Part shown: positions 47,201 to 61,484 of the stretch, piece by piece | How positions within the stretch are numbered: position 1 is the first letter of the stretch | Layout of the letters: each line of letters begins with the position of its first letter | DNA from: Podarcis filfolensis | Lineage: Eukaryota | Length of the DNA: 64,000 nt | NCBI GenBank assembly: GCA_964270895.1 | Contig: OZ185440.1 | Reading direction: 5' to 3' (one strand) | Program-made: the position numbers and the translations under genes | The notes under the pieces: generated by a model | Database searches by the model: none | What the model was told of the DNA's origin: nothing | What the model saw: only the letters and a program-made list of their open reading frames with translations

Positions 47201-50200
47201 TTTTACCAGTCTCCAGGAGCACACCGTCTTCTGGATCCCCCAGCTAAGGAAGTAGGTCAGCTGCCCAGTCCAAACCTCATTAGGAAGTAGTCCTAGATGT
47301 CTCCACACAGAGTCGTTACTCCAAACACCCACACATAAATAATGTATTACATAAAGCAATTCTGCAATCTAATGTGGAATTAGGCATATGTAAGCCCATC
47401 GATTCAGCACCTAGTTCTGTATACAATCAGGCCCCGATAACTGTGACACTGAACTGAGCATCTCCCAAAGGAAATGATAAATTACCTGTTAAGTTTCATA
47501 AAGCACCTATTTTTAAAAAATTGCATTCCCTTAATGTGTCTCCAAAACATTTAGGATACCCAGTTTAGAAAAGCTAAACTGTCTATTTTACTCTCTTTGC
47601 CATGCTGAAGTGTACACATATATAATTTAATATAATATGCCAAGCATGGACTCTCGTTCACATTTCTTACCAGAAATGTATGGATTGCTTTTCATTTTGA
47701 ACACCTGGGAGCTAATTAAATTCCACACATGAACCTTGGCTTCTCACTACTAGACCAGATGATTGGCCCATTAGGATTGGTATATTTTTAGGCAGATTGT
47801 AAATGAAAATAAATAATAATTGGCATCCCATCTTTGATACTTTGAAGAAAATGAATAAATTACTATGCAAACTGCACAATTCACATAGAATATGAATAAT
47901 CAGTGAATGAGCTGCACCATGTCACCAAGGGAGGGTCTTCTCCTGCTCAGTGCAATCAGCACTGAATTACATTGTATAGCATGGAGTCCCTTGCCTACCC
48001 TCCTCATCTTAATCTATTTATTTTGGACAGTCCTCAACAGAATCCTTGGAGGCTAGATGTATTACAATGAAGAAATCAAAACGTAGGCTTGCTGCTCTCC
48101 AAAGCACTAAATTATTTTTCCACCTAGATTAAAGCAATAGAGAATAGGGGTTGAATGGCCATGTTGTCACTTAGCACAAACTGGCATCAAAACTACCCAA
48201 ATGACATTTTCCAGCCAAGAGCAGCTCAATAATACCTCACCCCACTCCTAAGGATTATGGACCAGTACTATGAGCAACCTCAACAGCATTTTGGTGACAG
48301 TATCAGGTGCAAGCAATGAGCCCAAATTAAATATCACCCTCTCATAAAATATCAGGGTGAGATGGACAGCTCGGGATGGATAGAGCAGCTGGAAACTGCC
48401 ACAAAGATGGCCAGTCACACTCCAGCAGCTGAAACCCAATCAAGTTAAAAATCCAAGAGCTATTATATTATTCCTATAATACATCGTATTGCACATAAGC
48501 CAGGAGGTACATGTGACATGCCAGCAAACTTTCCATAATTATATGGATCTTTTCTAAAAGGATCTTGCTAACAAGAGCACTGTAGCAAGTGATGATAATA
48601 ATAGTGGGCAAAGCTTTATACCCACAGCCATGCACAAGTCATACCTGGATATGCTAAACCATTCCATAATTGTCAATATGCCCTACATCTGATCCTCATA
48701 TACACATGTGTATATACACATATACACATACCCCTTCATAAGACATAAATTATTGTACAGGGATTATTTACTTGCAGGACCAATCTTGGGAAGAACAAAC
48801 TGGAACTTCTGAAGCAGCTCTGATTACCTACTACTTTACATCTCTTTCTTCCCCCTTACCACTTCAACAAATGGAAAAATAAAAAAATAAAACAGACTGA
48901 AAAGAATGAAAACAAAATGTGAACAGAGAGTGGGGAATTATAAACAGACATTTATGACCTCACCAGCATTTTCGTCTGAGGAAATTTGCTTAGCTTTTAA
49001 TTCAGAGCAAGCAACATTCAGAATATTTTCCACAAAATGCAGCAAGAGTACAATTTGGGGTAGATCACTATAGTACTATGTAAATAAGCAATGACCCATA
49101 CACTAAAACAGAAGAAGGATCTGTAAACTCTGTGCAACTGCTGTAGCTTTCTGAGTTTATTTATAGACTGATGCGTTAAGGATGCCTTGGGCTACAGCTG
49201 CACCTTCATGACACATCCTCCCACTACACATATGGTCAATTTTCAGTATTATGAGCAATAAGAGAACCCCAGTAATTATTGCATTGGCTAAACTGCAGCA
49301 GCTTCCTAGTCAACTAAAAAGGAGCAACAATTACAGAACATATATTGTACATGTAAGGGAGATAGTTATGTGATTCTGTTTACAAAGAGAGAAAATAAGT
49401 CACCAGAAGCACAGCTGTGCTGGCAGTCTATGTCTGTGTTCAAAATAGGAAAGAATAGTTGTGCAGATGTGGGTGATGGGGCAGCCAGGGTAGGACCATC
49501 AATTTAAAAGGAAAATAATCAAGCACAATACAAAAGCCGTTAAGTCGGGGAAGGCAAAGCCATCCATCCTGGTTAAATTAACATGCTACCCGTTCCTAAA
49601 ATAACTCATTGCTTATTTTTTAAAAATAATTTACACAGTTTAAAATTAGATGGAATGTTTGTGGATTGTAATTCTCCTCACTGCTGAGCCTTAACAAAAG
49701 CCAGAAGAAAAGACAGAACTTGTCTGAAAAAAAGAACACTCTGGTTGAATATCCATCTGCCTCAGGCTGCAGTACAGCTGGGAAACAGCTGGGAAGGCAA
49801 AACCACAACATCTACATATCCCCCAGTCACATGAGAATGGCAAGACATGAAGCAGAGTTCTGTGGTTGTCAACTTGGGCACCGAACCCTGGAACTTATTG
49901 CCACAGATGCAGCCAAGTCAAATAAATTTCAGCAAGGGACTGCTGATACACTTTGGGGGAGGGATTTGCTTTGCATGCAGAATATTCCAGCATCTTCTGG
50001 TAGGTTTGGGAACATTTCATGACTGAAACACTAGAGGACCACTTCCAGTTAATGCAGACAATATGGAGGTAAATGGACCAATGGTCTGATTCAGTGTCTT
50101 CTTTTGTTCCTATTCACTTGATTGAGGATTATCTTGAACATAATAGACCATGCCATCAAATTTTGGACAAAAATGCTTCATGTGTGAGATCAATTAATAT

Positions 50201-50234
50201 TTATTCCTTCTACTATTACTTTTCCTTTATGAAT

Positions 50235-50342
50235 TTCCAGAGGGGTAACCATGTTAGTCTCTTGCAGCAAAAACAGCAAAGAGTCTTGTTGCAGCTTTAA
50301 GACTAGGAACTATGAAACAAGCTTTCATAGACCTTTGGACTA
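50235..50342 (-). mobile_element. Penelope-like terminal fragment
   Basis: ttccagaggggtaaccatgttagtct...gagtcttgttgcagctttaagact; same family as 15051. Confidence 0.6.
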
Positions 50343-50486
50343 TTGATGGCTGTTTCTTCTGATTGGGTTCCTGGCCCGCTTACAAATGTTATTACAATCA
50401 TTTCCTCAATGCTAAGTAAATTAACACCAATCTGCTATTCTTAAAGGTGTGCTCATTTAACATACTGTACTCTAATTAATCCACTG

Positions 50487-50680
50487 CAGTGTAGTGCTTA
50501 TCTTGAACAAGGACCTGGGAGACCAGGGTTCAAGTCCCCACTCAACCATGATGCTCACTGGGTGACCTTGGGCCAGTCATTGTCTCTTATCCTAACATAC
50601 CTCACAGGGTTGTTGTGAGGAAGAAATGGAGGGGAGAACCATATGTTCCACTTTGAAAGGTGGGACTGGGATATAAATGT
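50487..50680 (+). mobile_element. CORE (MIR-like) tRNA SINE
   Basis: B box ggttcaagtcc (50527-50537). CORE motifs ctgggtgaccttgggccagtca and cctcacagggttgttgtgagga. gggatataaatgt tail. Confidence 0.8.
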
Positions 50681-52403
50681 CACTGTTGTTGGAAAGAGAA
50701 CTTGGAGTTGTGAAAGATAGCTAAATGGAAATGGGCAATATTCTGAGGAAAAGCTATTGTAGAAGCCACCTGCTTAGGTAAGGAGTAAGGAGTTCAAAAT
50801 GGAGTCTGGAAGACTTGGGCCAATATTCTTAGTGATCCACATTTAACAGATCCTCATGCATACAACCAGCTACTATTCTCATTTTAACAATGCTAGTCTG
50901 GGGGGGAGGGGCAGTAACTTGCCTAAAGAAAGGTGGAACTTCAACCCAAATCTTCCTGGTCTATGCTGAACTATCTGTCACACCATATTAGTAGTTCAGA
51001 GAATATGGCAAAATTTTAGGTGGAATGGAGCAAGTTATACCACATCTTTCCTCAAAAGCATTGTGCTGTCACTGTCACAGACTGTCCTCTAAGCCTATCT
51101 ATGCTACAAACTTATATTGGCTTTATATCACTTCTGCTGCCATAGCTTTCCCCAAATACCCAATGGTGAGGTGTTGAGAATTTTATGCTAAGAGGTTTCT
51201 AGCCCCTTCCGCATGCCGCAGAACAGTCCCCATGATTCTCTAGAAAGAGGAAACAACCATGAAGGCAATTTAAGTCTGTAGTGTCTGACTTGAAGAGGGA
51301 TGCATTCAGATGCATTCAGTCACTTAGAGTCAACACGTCAAGGACTACACTTCATGGTGTTCCCTGTCCACCCACACAATTGATAATGGGAACCAGGGAA
51401 CCAAATCAGCAGTAAATACAGCTGGACACATTGTTAGAACTCTTGAATCTATGTAGCGGAATCGTTATGTAGAAAGATGATTCTGATAACATTTTTTTAA
51501 AATATTTTTAAAACTGTGCAAATGCAAGGATGGAAATAGATTCCAGAATGCAACCGGTTTGTTTCCATCTTCAGACATTTGTACCTCTGGGGCACCAGTA
51601 GTTATAGATTTCTGTCAAGGTCAATTTACTCAGACATCACCTTGCCTCAACTCACATGCCCCTTAGAAATAGCAAAAAAGGACTGCAGTGCCCAAAGGTT
51701 GGGCAAGGACAGATCAGAGTGCAGGCTGTCCAGAGGAGGAGGAGCGTGTGACTTACACAGGGTAATTCATTTGGAAAGTTTACAAGCAGCACCAGACAAG
51801 AAGGCTCCAGTGACAACAGACACAAATCTCTCAGCTGAGATGGAACGGAGCCTCAGCATTCTCTTGAAATGGCAGCTGCTTAGTTACCAAATCTGTGATT
51901 TCATATCAAGAGTTCGGATGCAGTCACATTTCTGTCAAATGTTGGTCTCTGCTAACTCACAGGCATCCGTGGATGGGTTCCAAAAATGGCTTGAATGCAG
52001 CAGTGTGATTTACAGTGGTTTATTTAGATGGTGGTAATTAATTCCAGTGGGATACATTTGCTGCTATTTGCATTGCACCAGCAATCATAATCACCCAGTC
52101 GGACTTTACCATGCAGCCACATTTCTGCTGAAGTGGCAATCACGTGGCACATGAGGAATCTGGATTCCACAATTATTAAAGGTACAGGAACCCTCTCCTG
52201 TATTGCACCCTGTCATCCTGTCTGCATACATGTTATGAAACACCTTGTGCTCTCTGTGGGTTTAATAGCAGTTCATAGAGTTTATTAGTAAGGACAGGGT
52301 TTGAAATGTAACTATTGTCAAAGTGGTTGGGAACAGTGACCATGGTGCTATCCAGTACTATATATATGTAAATGGACAATCGTCAAGAAAATCGAACACA
52401 GTC

Positions 52404-52783
52404 ACATTTGATTTCAAAAGAGCAAATTTCCCCAAAATGAGGGCAATGGTAAAATGATGGGTCAATTCTCTCTCGAAAAAAAAATAAAATAAATGCTTGG
52501 GAGTTGTTTAAACCCACCATATTAGAAGCTCAGCTGGAATGTGTACAGGAGATCAGGAAAGGTACCACCAGGGCGAAGATGGCTCATGGAAAGTAAGGGT
52601 ATCAATGGCTATTAGCCATAATGGCTATTTTCTACACCCACTGATGGTAGTATGCCTCTGAATGCCGGTTGCTAGGAATTGCTGGTTGACAAGAGTGCTG
52701 TTGTGCTCATGTCCTGCTTCCAGATTTCCCTAGATGGGCCTTTGGCCTGATCCAGCAAGGCTTGTTGTATGTTCCTATGTTCT
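52404..52783 (+). mobile_element. Internally deleted CR1 (ORF2 linker fragment fused to 3' UTR)
   Basis: TFDFKRANFPKMRAMVK and NAWELFKPTILEAQLECVQEIRKGTTRAK (region between endonuclease and RT) run directly into the 3' UTR ending tatgttcctatgttct. Confidence 0.75.
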
Positions 52784-53404
52784 GGGAATGTTCTGAAACA
52801 TGAGGGCATTGTCAATTTCTTAGAGAAGCCAGCTCCATATGTTTAAATTGCAGCTCCAACGTTAGATATAAATGCAGTACATATCAGCAAAGAGTATACA
52901 GAAAATAAGAAAGTACTTGGGAACAATCATAACATAATGATGCAAGTCATTCTCCTAACACATTACCCATCACTTGCCCTTTCTAATGCTACAGGGACAC
53001 TGGATTTGGTTCTGCTTTGAACATTGGGTGGGAGGCGGCACTGAGATATTTTTAGCCCAAGTGGTTAATCAAGCCTAGACTTGTTCATGGATTTTTACTG
53101 CCTCTCTTCTTTGTTATTTGATTGGGTTGGAGTCAGGAACTCCTCTCTGGGGCCCAAGGAGTAATAAGTCACATCACTTGCATTCCTTGTACAGTCTGCT
53201 CCTTAGTTAGATGTGCCAAAAAAGCCTGGCATCAATTATCATAAGACACCTGTTGTCTGCACTGAGGGGTGGGTGGGAAAGAAGTGGAATAAATGCTGGC
53301 ATCTATGGGTTGCTATAATTCCTCACCTGTGAGGAGGGCATGCCTTTTATAAAGGAGGAAGCCTCCATAACTCAGAGGAGACACACCACTGACTTACAAA
53401 GGTT

Positions 53405-53444
<40 letters not shown>

Positions 53445-53464
53445 GGGCTTTCTTTCTTTCTTTC
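53405..53464. repeat. Interrupted (CTTT)n microsatellite
   Basis: Direct reading. Confidence 0.95.
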
Positions 53465-53821
53465 TTGGGCTTTATTTGTGGCAGTTTTAATTTTCCACCC
53501 TAAAGAGAGTCAGTATGCTATTTTGGGTGCATTAACCCCCCAAATGCTGGCAGTTTCCAGTCAGCCAGTCACATAAGTGCTGGAGGGAACATGGAGATGG
53601 ATTATTAGATAGACTTGCTACACGTCAGCAGTCTGCAAAGGGAAGATAGGGATGGATTGCAGTCTGAGAAAGAGGGAAAACTGATAAAGCAAAGAAGCAA
53701 GAGACCTGGGAAGAAACAGTCTGCAGAGAAGGAGGTAGGAGTCCAGTAAATTGGGCACAAGCCCCCAGGTTCAGCCCATGCATAATATCACAGATCCTTT
53801 GCGTGTGACCTTGACCCGCCC

Positions 53822-53960
53822 CGGCCTTTCTTAACCTGGTGGTGCCTTCCAGAAGTTTTGGACTGCTACTCCCATCAGCCACAGCTATCATACCCAATGG
53901 TCAGGGACGATGGAAGTTGTAGCTCACAACATCTGGAGGGCACTAGGTTGGGAAATATTG
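53822..53960. mobile_element. Palindromic hAT-like MITE, near full length
   Basis: ggcctttcttaacctgg...ttccagaagttttggactgctactcccatca...gatggaagttgtagctcacaacatctggagggcactaggttggg. Confidence 0.7.
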
Positions 53961-54926
53961 AGCGAGGTTTGAGCTAAGCATGTCAGAAGTTTCCCCACAG
54001 GGTTCATATTCTATTTCTTCATGCAAGATGAGCTTTGGGGGGGGGGGGAGTGGGGACTGGGCTGCAGCAAACACAATGGAAATGGGAACTCCCACTGCTG
54101 TGCGGAATAACTTGAATCTCCATATTTGAAACTTACATCACCTGCCTCTAGAGGAAAAATGCTAGTGAATCATGCAAAGACTGGTAAGCACCCACAGAAG
54201 GTCTCCCCCCCAGACATACCAAAGCCTCTTGGGAATACAGTACAGTGCTCATCAGTGATTCACCTTTTCCTCTTCTACCTCCTCACAAACCTCTCCCCTC
54301 CCCACCTTCTTCCATACAGCTGCCATTCTTTTCCTAGCTTCCCCCATTCTGATGGGTGCTGACAGGTAAATTGTTCTCTCAGACAGCACCACCAGATTGC
54401 CAGAGGCTGATTGTCAAATGATTTTCCTTCTCCTAATAACATGGAGGTTCTCTCTTTCTCTCCCTCCCACCCTCCTCCCCACTCTATTCTATTTTCCATA
54501 TCCCTCTCCCTACCCTCCAAAATTCCACTTACAGCTCTGTCTTGCTTCTTGGTCAAATTCAGGAAAGGAACTTTAATGAGAGTTGAAGTGTCTTGGAGCA
54601 ATTATTAGTATCCTGAGAGATGTGGCAATGAGGTGGGCAGATTAGTTTAGAAAACAGCAGAGAGCAGCTGATGTGTTTCAGTGTTTATTCTAATCTGAAA
54701 GAAGTTCAAGATGGATGATAAAACCTCCGTCACCCACAACACACAGCATTCACTGAAGAAGTAGGCTCTTAGGAGACACAATGCAAGACTAAAATCAATT
54801 TGATTGTGCATCTGTAGGTCGTCTTTCAATTTAAAAGAAAGAAAGAATGCAAGGTGACTTACAAACTTCTAAAACCAACATGCAATACTGCAACAAAGAA
54901 GAACACTAAACCATTCAAACTCAACA

Positions 54927-55078
54927 GTGCTTTGCATGCAGAACATCCAACCCATGGCATCTCCAGGTAGGACTGGTAGAGACTGGAACCTTGGGAAAGC
55001 TTCTGCCAGTTAAGGTAGACAATACTGAAGTGGATGGACCAATGACCTGATTTTGTATAAGGAAACTTCCTATTTTCC
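54927..55078 (+). mobile_element. tRNA/CR1-tail SINE
   Basis: tgctttgcatgcagaa...ggcatctccaggtagg...gtagacaatactga..gatggaccaatg...tataaggaaacttcctat. Confidence 0.7.
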
Positions 55079-55399
55079 AACAAGAGAAACAAGAAACAGA
55101 ACAAAACAAAACACCATACTAGGGAAAAATATTTGTGCTCATCACCTGCTTAAAGTTTGGTTCGCTTTAAAATGCAGGCCAAATGAATTTCTCCTCTACC
55201 TCCACATAGGACTAAAACACACAAATGACTGTGAATTTTCCTGCATCTGATATTTGAAATAATCTTGGATTAGGGAGGATGGGTTACCAGTGGTAACAAT
55301 AAAATCAATGGTAGCTGTTTTTACCTGCATATACTATTTAGAGAATTCCCACCCACTAGGGTGACCAGATGCCAGACATGTGGCAGCAGGCTTAAAATT

Positions 55400-55915
55400 A
55401 AGACTAAATTAAGACTAATAAAGATATTTGCCATGTACTGAAAGGACAGCAAGGTAAGTAGGTGCCCGGTGGTCCTCTGGAGACAGCATTCCATAATTGG
55501 GGCACCATAATTGAAAAGACCCTCTTTTCCCCTTGCTTTAGACATAACAGCAGGCATATTCAAAGAAAGGTGATCCTACAAGTATTCCGGTCCTAAATTG
55601 TAAGCCTTAAAGGTAAAAAACCTGTCACTTTAAATTGGACCTGAAAAGGGACTGAGAGACAGCAATTGGCATAGCACTAGTGTAATATGACCATAATGTC
55701 CTGTCAAAGTTAGTAATCTACAACATAATTCTAACCATGTCCACTTAGAAGTAAGTCCTATTGAATTTGATGCGGCTTACACCCAGGTAAGTGATGTTAA
55801 GATTGCAGCCCCAGTCACCACATTCTGAACTAACTGCAGTTTCCAGATAGTCATCAAAGGCAGAGCTATGTAGACTGTACTAAAGTAGTATAACTTGGAG
55901 GTTAACACTGCATCG
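55400..55915 (-). pseudogene. L2 relic with a nested ~90-bp palindromic MITE (about 55722-55810)
   Basis: agcattccataattggggcacc...gaaaagaccct, ctttaaattggacctga and gcagtttccag...tagtataacttggaggttaac are L2 motifs. The insert reads catgtccacttagaagtaagtcctattgaa...aagattgcagcc. Confidence 0.65.
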
Positions 55916-58900
55916 ATCAACAAGACTTTTGTTTTGGTTTAACTGAAGGCAATTTACATAACCATATTTTCTGGTTTCTCATGCAGTAATTGCAACTGTA
56001 ATACAGTAGACAAATTATGTAAAATGAGTTAGCACGCCAGTCTTCATGAATAAAGTCTTTGTTTCATGCAAAGAAAGTGCCTGTTGTGGTTGAGAAAAAA
56101 CTGGCATCTGATAAGGTCTTGCTGTAAGATGGTTGTTTGACTTTGCCAGTATTTGTTTCCTGACTATTAATGGAATGTTATTGATTCCTTTTCCTCCTAC
56201 CCTCAAATTGGATCCCCAAACCTTTATATCCCCATCCAGAAGACAGCATAGCAGTCTTGGGTACAACTATAGCAAAGATCAGAATCCCAGCACGAGCCTT
56301 TTGTGTGAAGCCAATTTTGCAATGTGCTATTTCTCATGCAAATGAAATTAAACTGTGCCCTGCCAAGTTCTGTATAGATTATTAGAATTAGGAGACCTGA
56401 CCACAGAAGAATTAGTGAAACAAGCAGCACAATTTTCTGGCTGTGTGATGTTCCAGAGATGCCTAGAGCATTTAATATGAGATCTGGAGAAGCAAAAGCC
56501 TACAAAATGCACACCTGCTGTTTATCTGTTTCTAGGTCCATGTTCTTCTTATGGAATCAGTGCTTCTTGAGCAACCTTAAGCCCATTGCCATCTGGACCT
56601 TACTTCCAAATACCCCTCAAAAGACTCGCTGTCCTCTTTTGCTCTTTGTACAAGTCAGATAGAGACAGAGAAAAGTGGAAATGGGAGAACACAGTGCCCA
56701 CATATGTAGACTAAATTATAGGCATGGGAGTTGCCAATTCCAGCCACTCTGTTACTCAGTTCTGATCATGTTGTTTTATTGCAGAAATGTGGCACAAGCC
56801 ATATGTCTACTTTAGAAATGTGTTGCTGTCCAAAAGTCTTAAAGTTGCCGTTTTCTATGCCTGCAGGGAGGTAAGGGGCCCTACCACAGACATAAGAGGC
56901 TTCTACTGTGATAAACACATTCCATTTTGCAAAAAAAGAGAGGTTTGTTAGCAGGTGATGTGAAAGACCTTTGCCTGAGACTAGAGAGACACTGCCAGTT
57001 AGAGTAGACAATATTGGGTTTGATGAACAAATAGTCTGACCTGGTAGAAGGCAGCTTCCTATGTTTTCAGCATCTTCAGACTTAGTTCTGATTAAACATT
57101 CATAGGATAGCACAGTATGTTGCTGGGGATATGTGGATTTGCTCAAATGTGACTTATGCAATGCCCTACATGTCAGAATTTCTCTTAAGGCCCTTGAAAA
57201 GTGGGTGGGAAAGACAACATCATTGTGGCTAACGAATGGTGCCATAAAAGGAATGTCCCAGTATTACTTGTGAATTTCAGAGGCCTCTTTCTTTGCACAA
57301 GAATAGATAATTGACATATCCACAACATTAATTGGAACAGAGTCTTAAGTACACAGCATATTCTTGTTGCAATGCAAAGTTTAAAGTATGCATTGAAGGG
57401 ATGGCATTAACTGCTCTACTAATAAAACTACCGGGCTTGGGAAAAGGTGGCAAAATGTTTCCCATTATGTGCTTTGTGCAGTAAAGTCCAGGGGGCGGGG
57501 AAAGGTCATGATTTCCCTTTCGGTATGTCAGAGAATCCTCAAGGCAAAGTTGAATTAGATCTCTCATAAGCAACATCTCAAAAAGCACAGATCTTCTCTG
57601 AGAAAGAGAACTGTATACACACACATATGCAGAATCCAAAATCGCAGGCAATGAGGATTCTTGAGGAATTTGATCTCTGTGAATTTTAATATAAACTCAT
57701 CTGATCTGCACCTCCTGAATTAATGTGCAGATCAGAACATAGTTATCTGTTTCAGTGATCCACTCAGATAACCTATCAAAATACTTTTTGAGATACATTT
57801 TTAAATGCTTTTAAAATATGTTTAGAAGCAGATTTGCATTTAAAAAAAATAAAAAAGTAGATTAATTGCAAATGAGTGGAGCGGACTTATGGATAGACCC
57901 ACAAAGGGTCCAGAAATAGTTTGATCCATGTCTTACAGGGACTTGAGAATAATAATAGACATTTTAGCAGGTAGGTTTACTCTGTCAAGTATATGTTGGA
58001 ACTTCAAATATCTTTATTTTTTAGCACACAACACAGTTTTCAAATTACGTCATGATAAATCTTTTTTAAAAAAACATGTCCAAGTGGCTGTTTTGACAGT
58101 CCTTGTTGGCCAGTGTTGAACACAGAACTTCTATGAAAAGGATTATGTTTCCTTTAGTCATCAGAGAAATCTATAATGAGGTTTACAAATCTGGAGGGGA
58201 GGGGAAGTGTGATGGCAACAGAACCTACCAGGTGCGCAGTGGAATCTTCGGGAAGCAGTTGGGATTTTAGTCTTATGTGTCATTCAACAAATTTCATTGT
58301 TCTTTTCATTGCTTGCTTATGGTTCAATTCTTCCAAAACACACAGTGATAGTCAGGTTTCCCTAAAAATCCCCATCACACAGTGTCTGAAAATGCTTATA
58401 CCAGTCTCTCTGAAGGCTACATTTAGCAAGAATTATCACAGAATTATTATGGCAAATGAGAGGTTTCATGGTACTGCAAGCTTCAGAACATTTGGTTAAG
58501 TGTGTGTGTGTGTGTATGCGTGCCAATAAAAACACTAACAGCTGAACAGCATGGACCAGCTGCATGAGAAGGTGTGGGTAAAGGGAGGATTAGATTAATC
58601 CTTTCAGTATCAGCCTGACCCTTTAAAAATGGAAGGAATGGGCATGAAGGTTCACTGTCATGAAGTAAAGCCAAGGGGATCAACTAACAGCAGCATCTGC
58701 TAGTCCAAGCCAGTTCAGCTGTAATCTTCACCATTCCAGCTGGGGCCACAGACTAGAAACTGCCAGAAAACATTCATTCATAAGACACAGCAACCCATGC
58801 ACTGGGATCATGTGCTCAGGAGTAGTTCCAGGTGGGTGGGAAATTGAGAGGCAGGCAATTTGCTTCGCAGAAAGACACAGCAAAAGGTTTCAAAGATGGA

Positions 58901-59019
58901 GGAAAGAAGTATTTCAATGCACTATCCTGTTAGTCCCAATCAAGTGGCAACAATGTGAAGCTCATTTCTGTTTTCCTGAATCAACTGAATCAGGTGAAGC
59001 ATATGCAGGTCTCAAAGTA

Positions 59020-59320
59020 ATGCATGGATGTAGTCATCGGCTGGATGAAGACTAACCAGTTGAAGATGAATCCTGACAAGACAGGAGTTCTATGGGTAGG
59101 CAGTTACTGCATCTAAGAATTGGGAAGCTTGCCTATTCTGAATGGGGTTGCATTGCATTTGAAACAAGGGGTGCAAAGTCTGAGGGTGCTCCTAGAGCCA
59201 TCATTATCATTGGATACCCAAACAGCCGCCACAGTAAGGGCGCATGACTCTAGCTGCTTTGACAGCTACAGGTGTTGCAGGACAATGAAAATCTTACCAC
59301 AGTGATCCACACGAGTAACC
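59020..59320 (+). pseudogene. L2 reverse-transcriptase C-terminal relic
   Basis: Translates GWMKTNQLKMNPDKTGVLWV...VQSLRVLLEPSLSL, matching the L2 pattern WM..N.LKLNP.KTE...V..LGV.LD..LS. Contains a stop. Confidence 0.85.
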
Positions 59321-61253
59321 CCAGGACACGGGGTAAAGTTTCCACAGCCAGAATGAGTAACTCAGCTTCATTACTGCAGTACTCCAGCTATATTTGAACT
59401 AATCTGGAGCTCTAGGTCACTCTTCCAGGCATTATCAGTTATGCTATCTGGTAGTCCTCCCATTACTTTTGGGTAACAAAACTGCATTGGGGGAGGAGAG
59501 AAAAGTTAACAGTACCACCAACCAGGTGAACAAAGACCTCTGGTAGGTTTCACCATCTGCTTCCCAGGAGAGTGGCACCTTGGCTCCATCTGTCATCCAC
59601 AGAAGGCACAGCTTCTGGGAGTTTGCTTTCCCCCTCCCTGCCAGAAAGTACACTCTGCTCCAGCTGCCCGCTGACCTAGCACTAGCCCCTTCCATCATCC
59701 AGAGGCCTACAGGCCATTGGTAAACGTGTGTATGTGCTGTCTTTTGTTTTTGTTTTGTGTTATTTCCAGTTGCTCATAAGCTACTTTGTGAATCATTGGA
59801 TTGGAAGGTAGGAAACACAGTTGTAGAAGTCCATAAAATAGTATTGACCTGGGGAGAGAGGGAGAATTTGATTGCTTTTCACCCATGGTCCTTATTCTAT
59901 TCTTGCATAGTCATATTGTTATTATGGCATTTGTGCCATCTTTTTTGCTTTTTTCCAGTCATGCCTCCTTATCATGCTACACAAGTAATTGAAAAAGAGT
60001 AAGCATGCAGGTAGATGCCACGAGTATATCTAATAGCATTAATTAATACTTCCCAGTGTATATATATTCCCAGTGTAATACATCCCGACAATGTTATCAC
60101 AAAAGAGAATGTGAATCTGTTACAGGCCCCATCCCCTGAATGCAGGTCTTGGGCTGAAGTTCTAGAGGGCAACAGTTGAGTAGCTGCCTGGTCAGCTAAA
60201 ATGGAAACCATCACATGGACATCTGCCCATACTAGGGACTCAACTGAGACCCAGGGGCTCATTCTTCACAGCCCAGTGAACATCAAGCTGACAGTAATGA
60301 CTTTTGACAACTACTGACCTGGGCAAGGGTCAAACCAGTGACCCAAACCAGAGTAGTTTCTCTAGCCTTTCACCAGCCCCCAGGAGCTGCGCACAATTTG
60401 CCTTTGCTTCTTAAAAGACAACCCTACAAAGAAACCCTAAACAGGTCCTGAACTGCAGCTTGGTAGTAACCTTATCGGCATGCACTCCAGATAAAGGCTC
60501 CCTTTTCCCTGGGAGGAATCAAAGCCTTATTGATATGTGAATTATGAATGAAACCTTAAGCTTTTAAACTTTTAACCTATGTGGTTCTAAGAAAAAGTTT
60601 CCACAATGGATCTAGGGGGCAGGTCTTGTGAAGAAGGCTCTTACCGGCTCTTGTGAAGTTGTTTACTCTAGTTCTAAGCTTCAGGATATAGAGCCCTCAA
60701 GCTGGACTAAAAACTCTGGTCTTTGAAGCCCAAAAGAAAAAAAATCCTTCAGTTGAAAACTCACTGAATCTAATTGGAACTCATTGTGCCCAGTTTCTAG
60801 AGTTTTTTTAAATAATCAAGCAGGATTATCATAACTCCTTATCTGATATTCATTGAACATTTAATAATCCCTTTCCCACTTGACTCTTGAAAATATCTAT
60901 GGCACTAAGACCAATGTAGCTTTATGAATCATAAGAGAGATATGATAGTTTTCTTCAAGCTTGGCATTAGCACCCAGTATCTTTAGATAGCTGCCAAGGC
61001 CCAAGGGTTGTTGCCTGCTCTTCTTTGACCTGCCTGCCCTTCCCTTTTCCCTACAATTAAATCTACGGTACATTGCATGATGATTGGCTGGGAGCCATCC
61101 AGCATTTAAAATGTTCTCCAGTGCTCCAGAGTGATGCTATGATAAAGACATGGTATTCTATAAAATGTTAAATGGTAGATGGCTTGGAATTGGATAACAA
61201 CCCATCGAGGTTTTTTGCTGCTGTGAACCCCTTGTATAGCTAACACCAAATTA

Positions 61254-61484
61254 CATAGGAACATAGTAAGAGCCTGCTGAATCAGACCAATGACCCATCT
61301 AGTACAGCATCCTATTCTCACAGTGCCAGCATCCCATTCTCACAGTGGCCAATCAGATGCCTCTGAAAAGCCGGCAAGCAGAAAATGAGCACAACAACAG
61401 TTTCCTCACCTGAGATTTTCAGCAACTAGTATTGAGAGCCAAACTCCAACAGTGGAGGTAGAAGCTAGCCATTATGCTTAGTAG
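61254..61484 (-). mobile_element. CR1 3' UTR with a 21-bp tandem duplication
   Basis: cataggaacatag tail. cagcatcctattctcacagtg (61305-61325) is repeated as cagcatcccattctcacagtg (61327-61347). Confidence 0.8.

Noticed and set aside
51579-52037. 152-aa plus-strand ORF
   Set aside because: Non-ATG start, no recognisable motif and no convincing exon boundaries; consistent with a chance ORF.
56766-57245. 159-aa minus-strand ORF
   Set aside because: Overlaps a SINE fragment near 56975-57070 and shows no protein similarity I recognise.
57700-57736. 12-bp stem hairpin tctgatctgcac / gtgcagatcaga
   Set aside because: Too short for a pre-miRNA, only marginally beyond chance, and has no supporting context.
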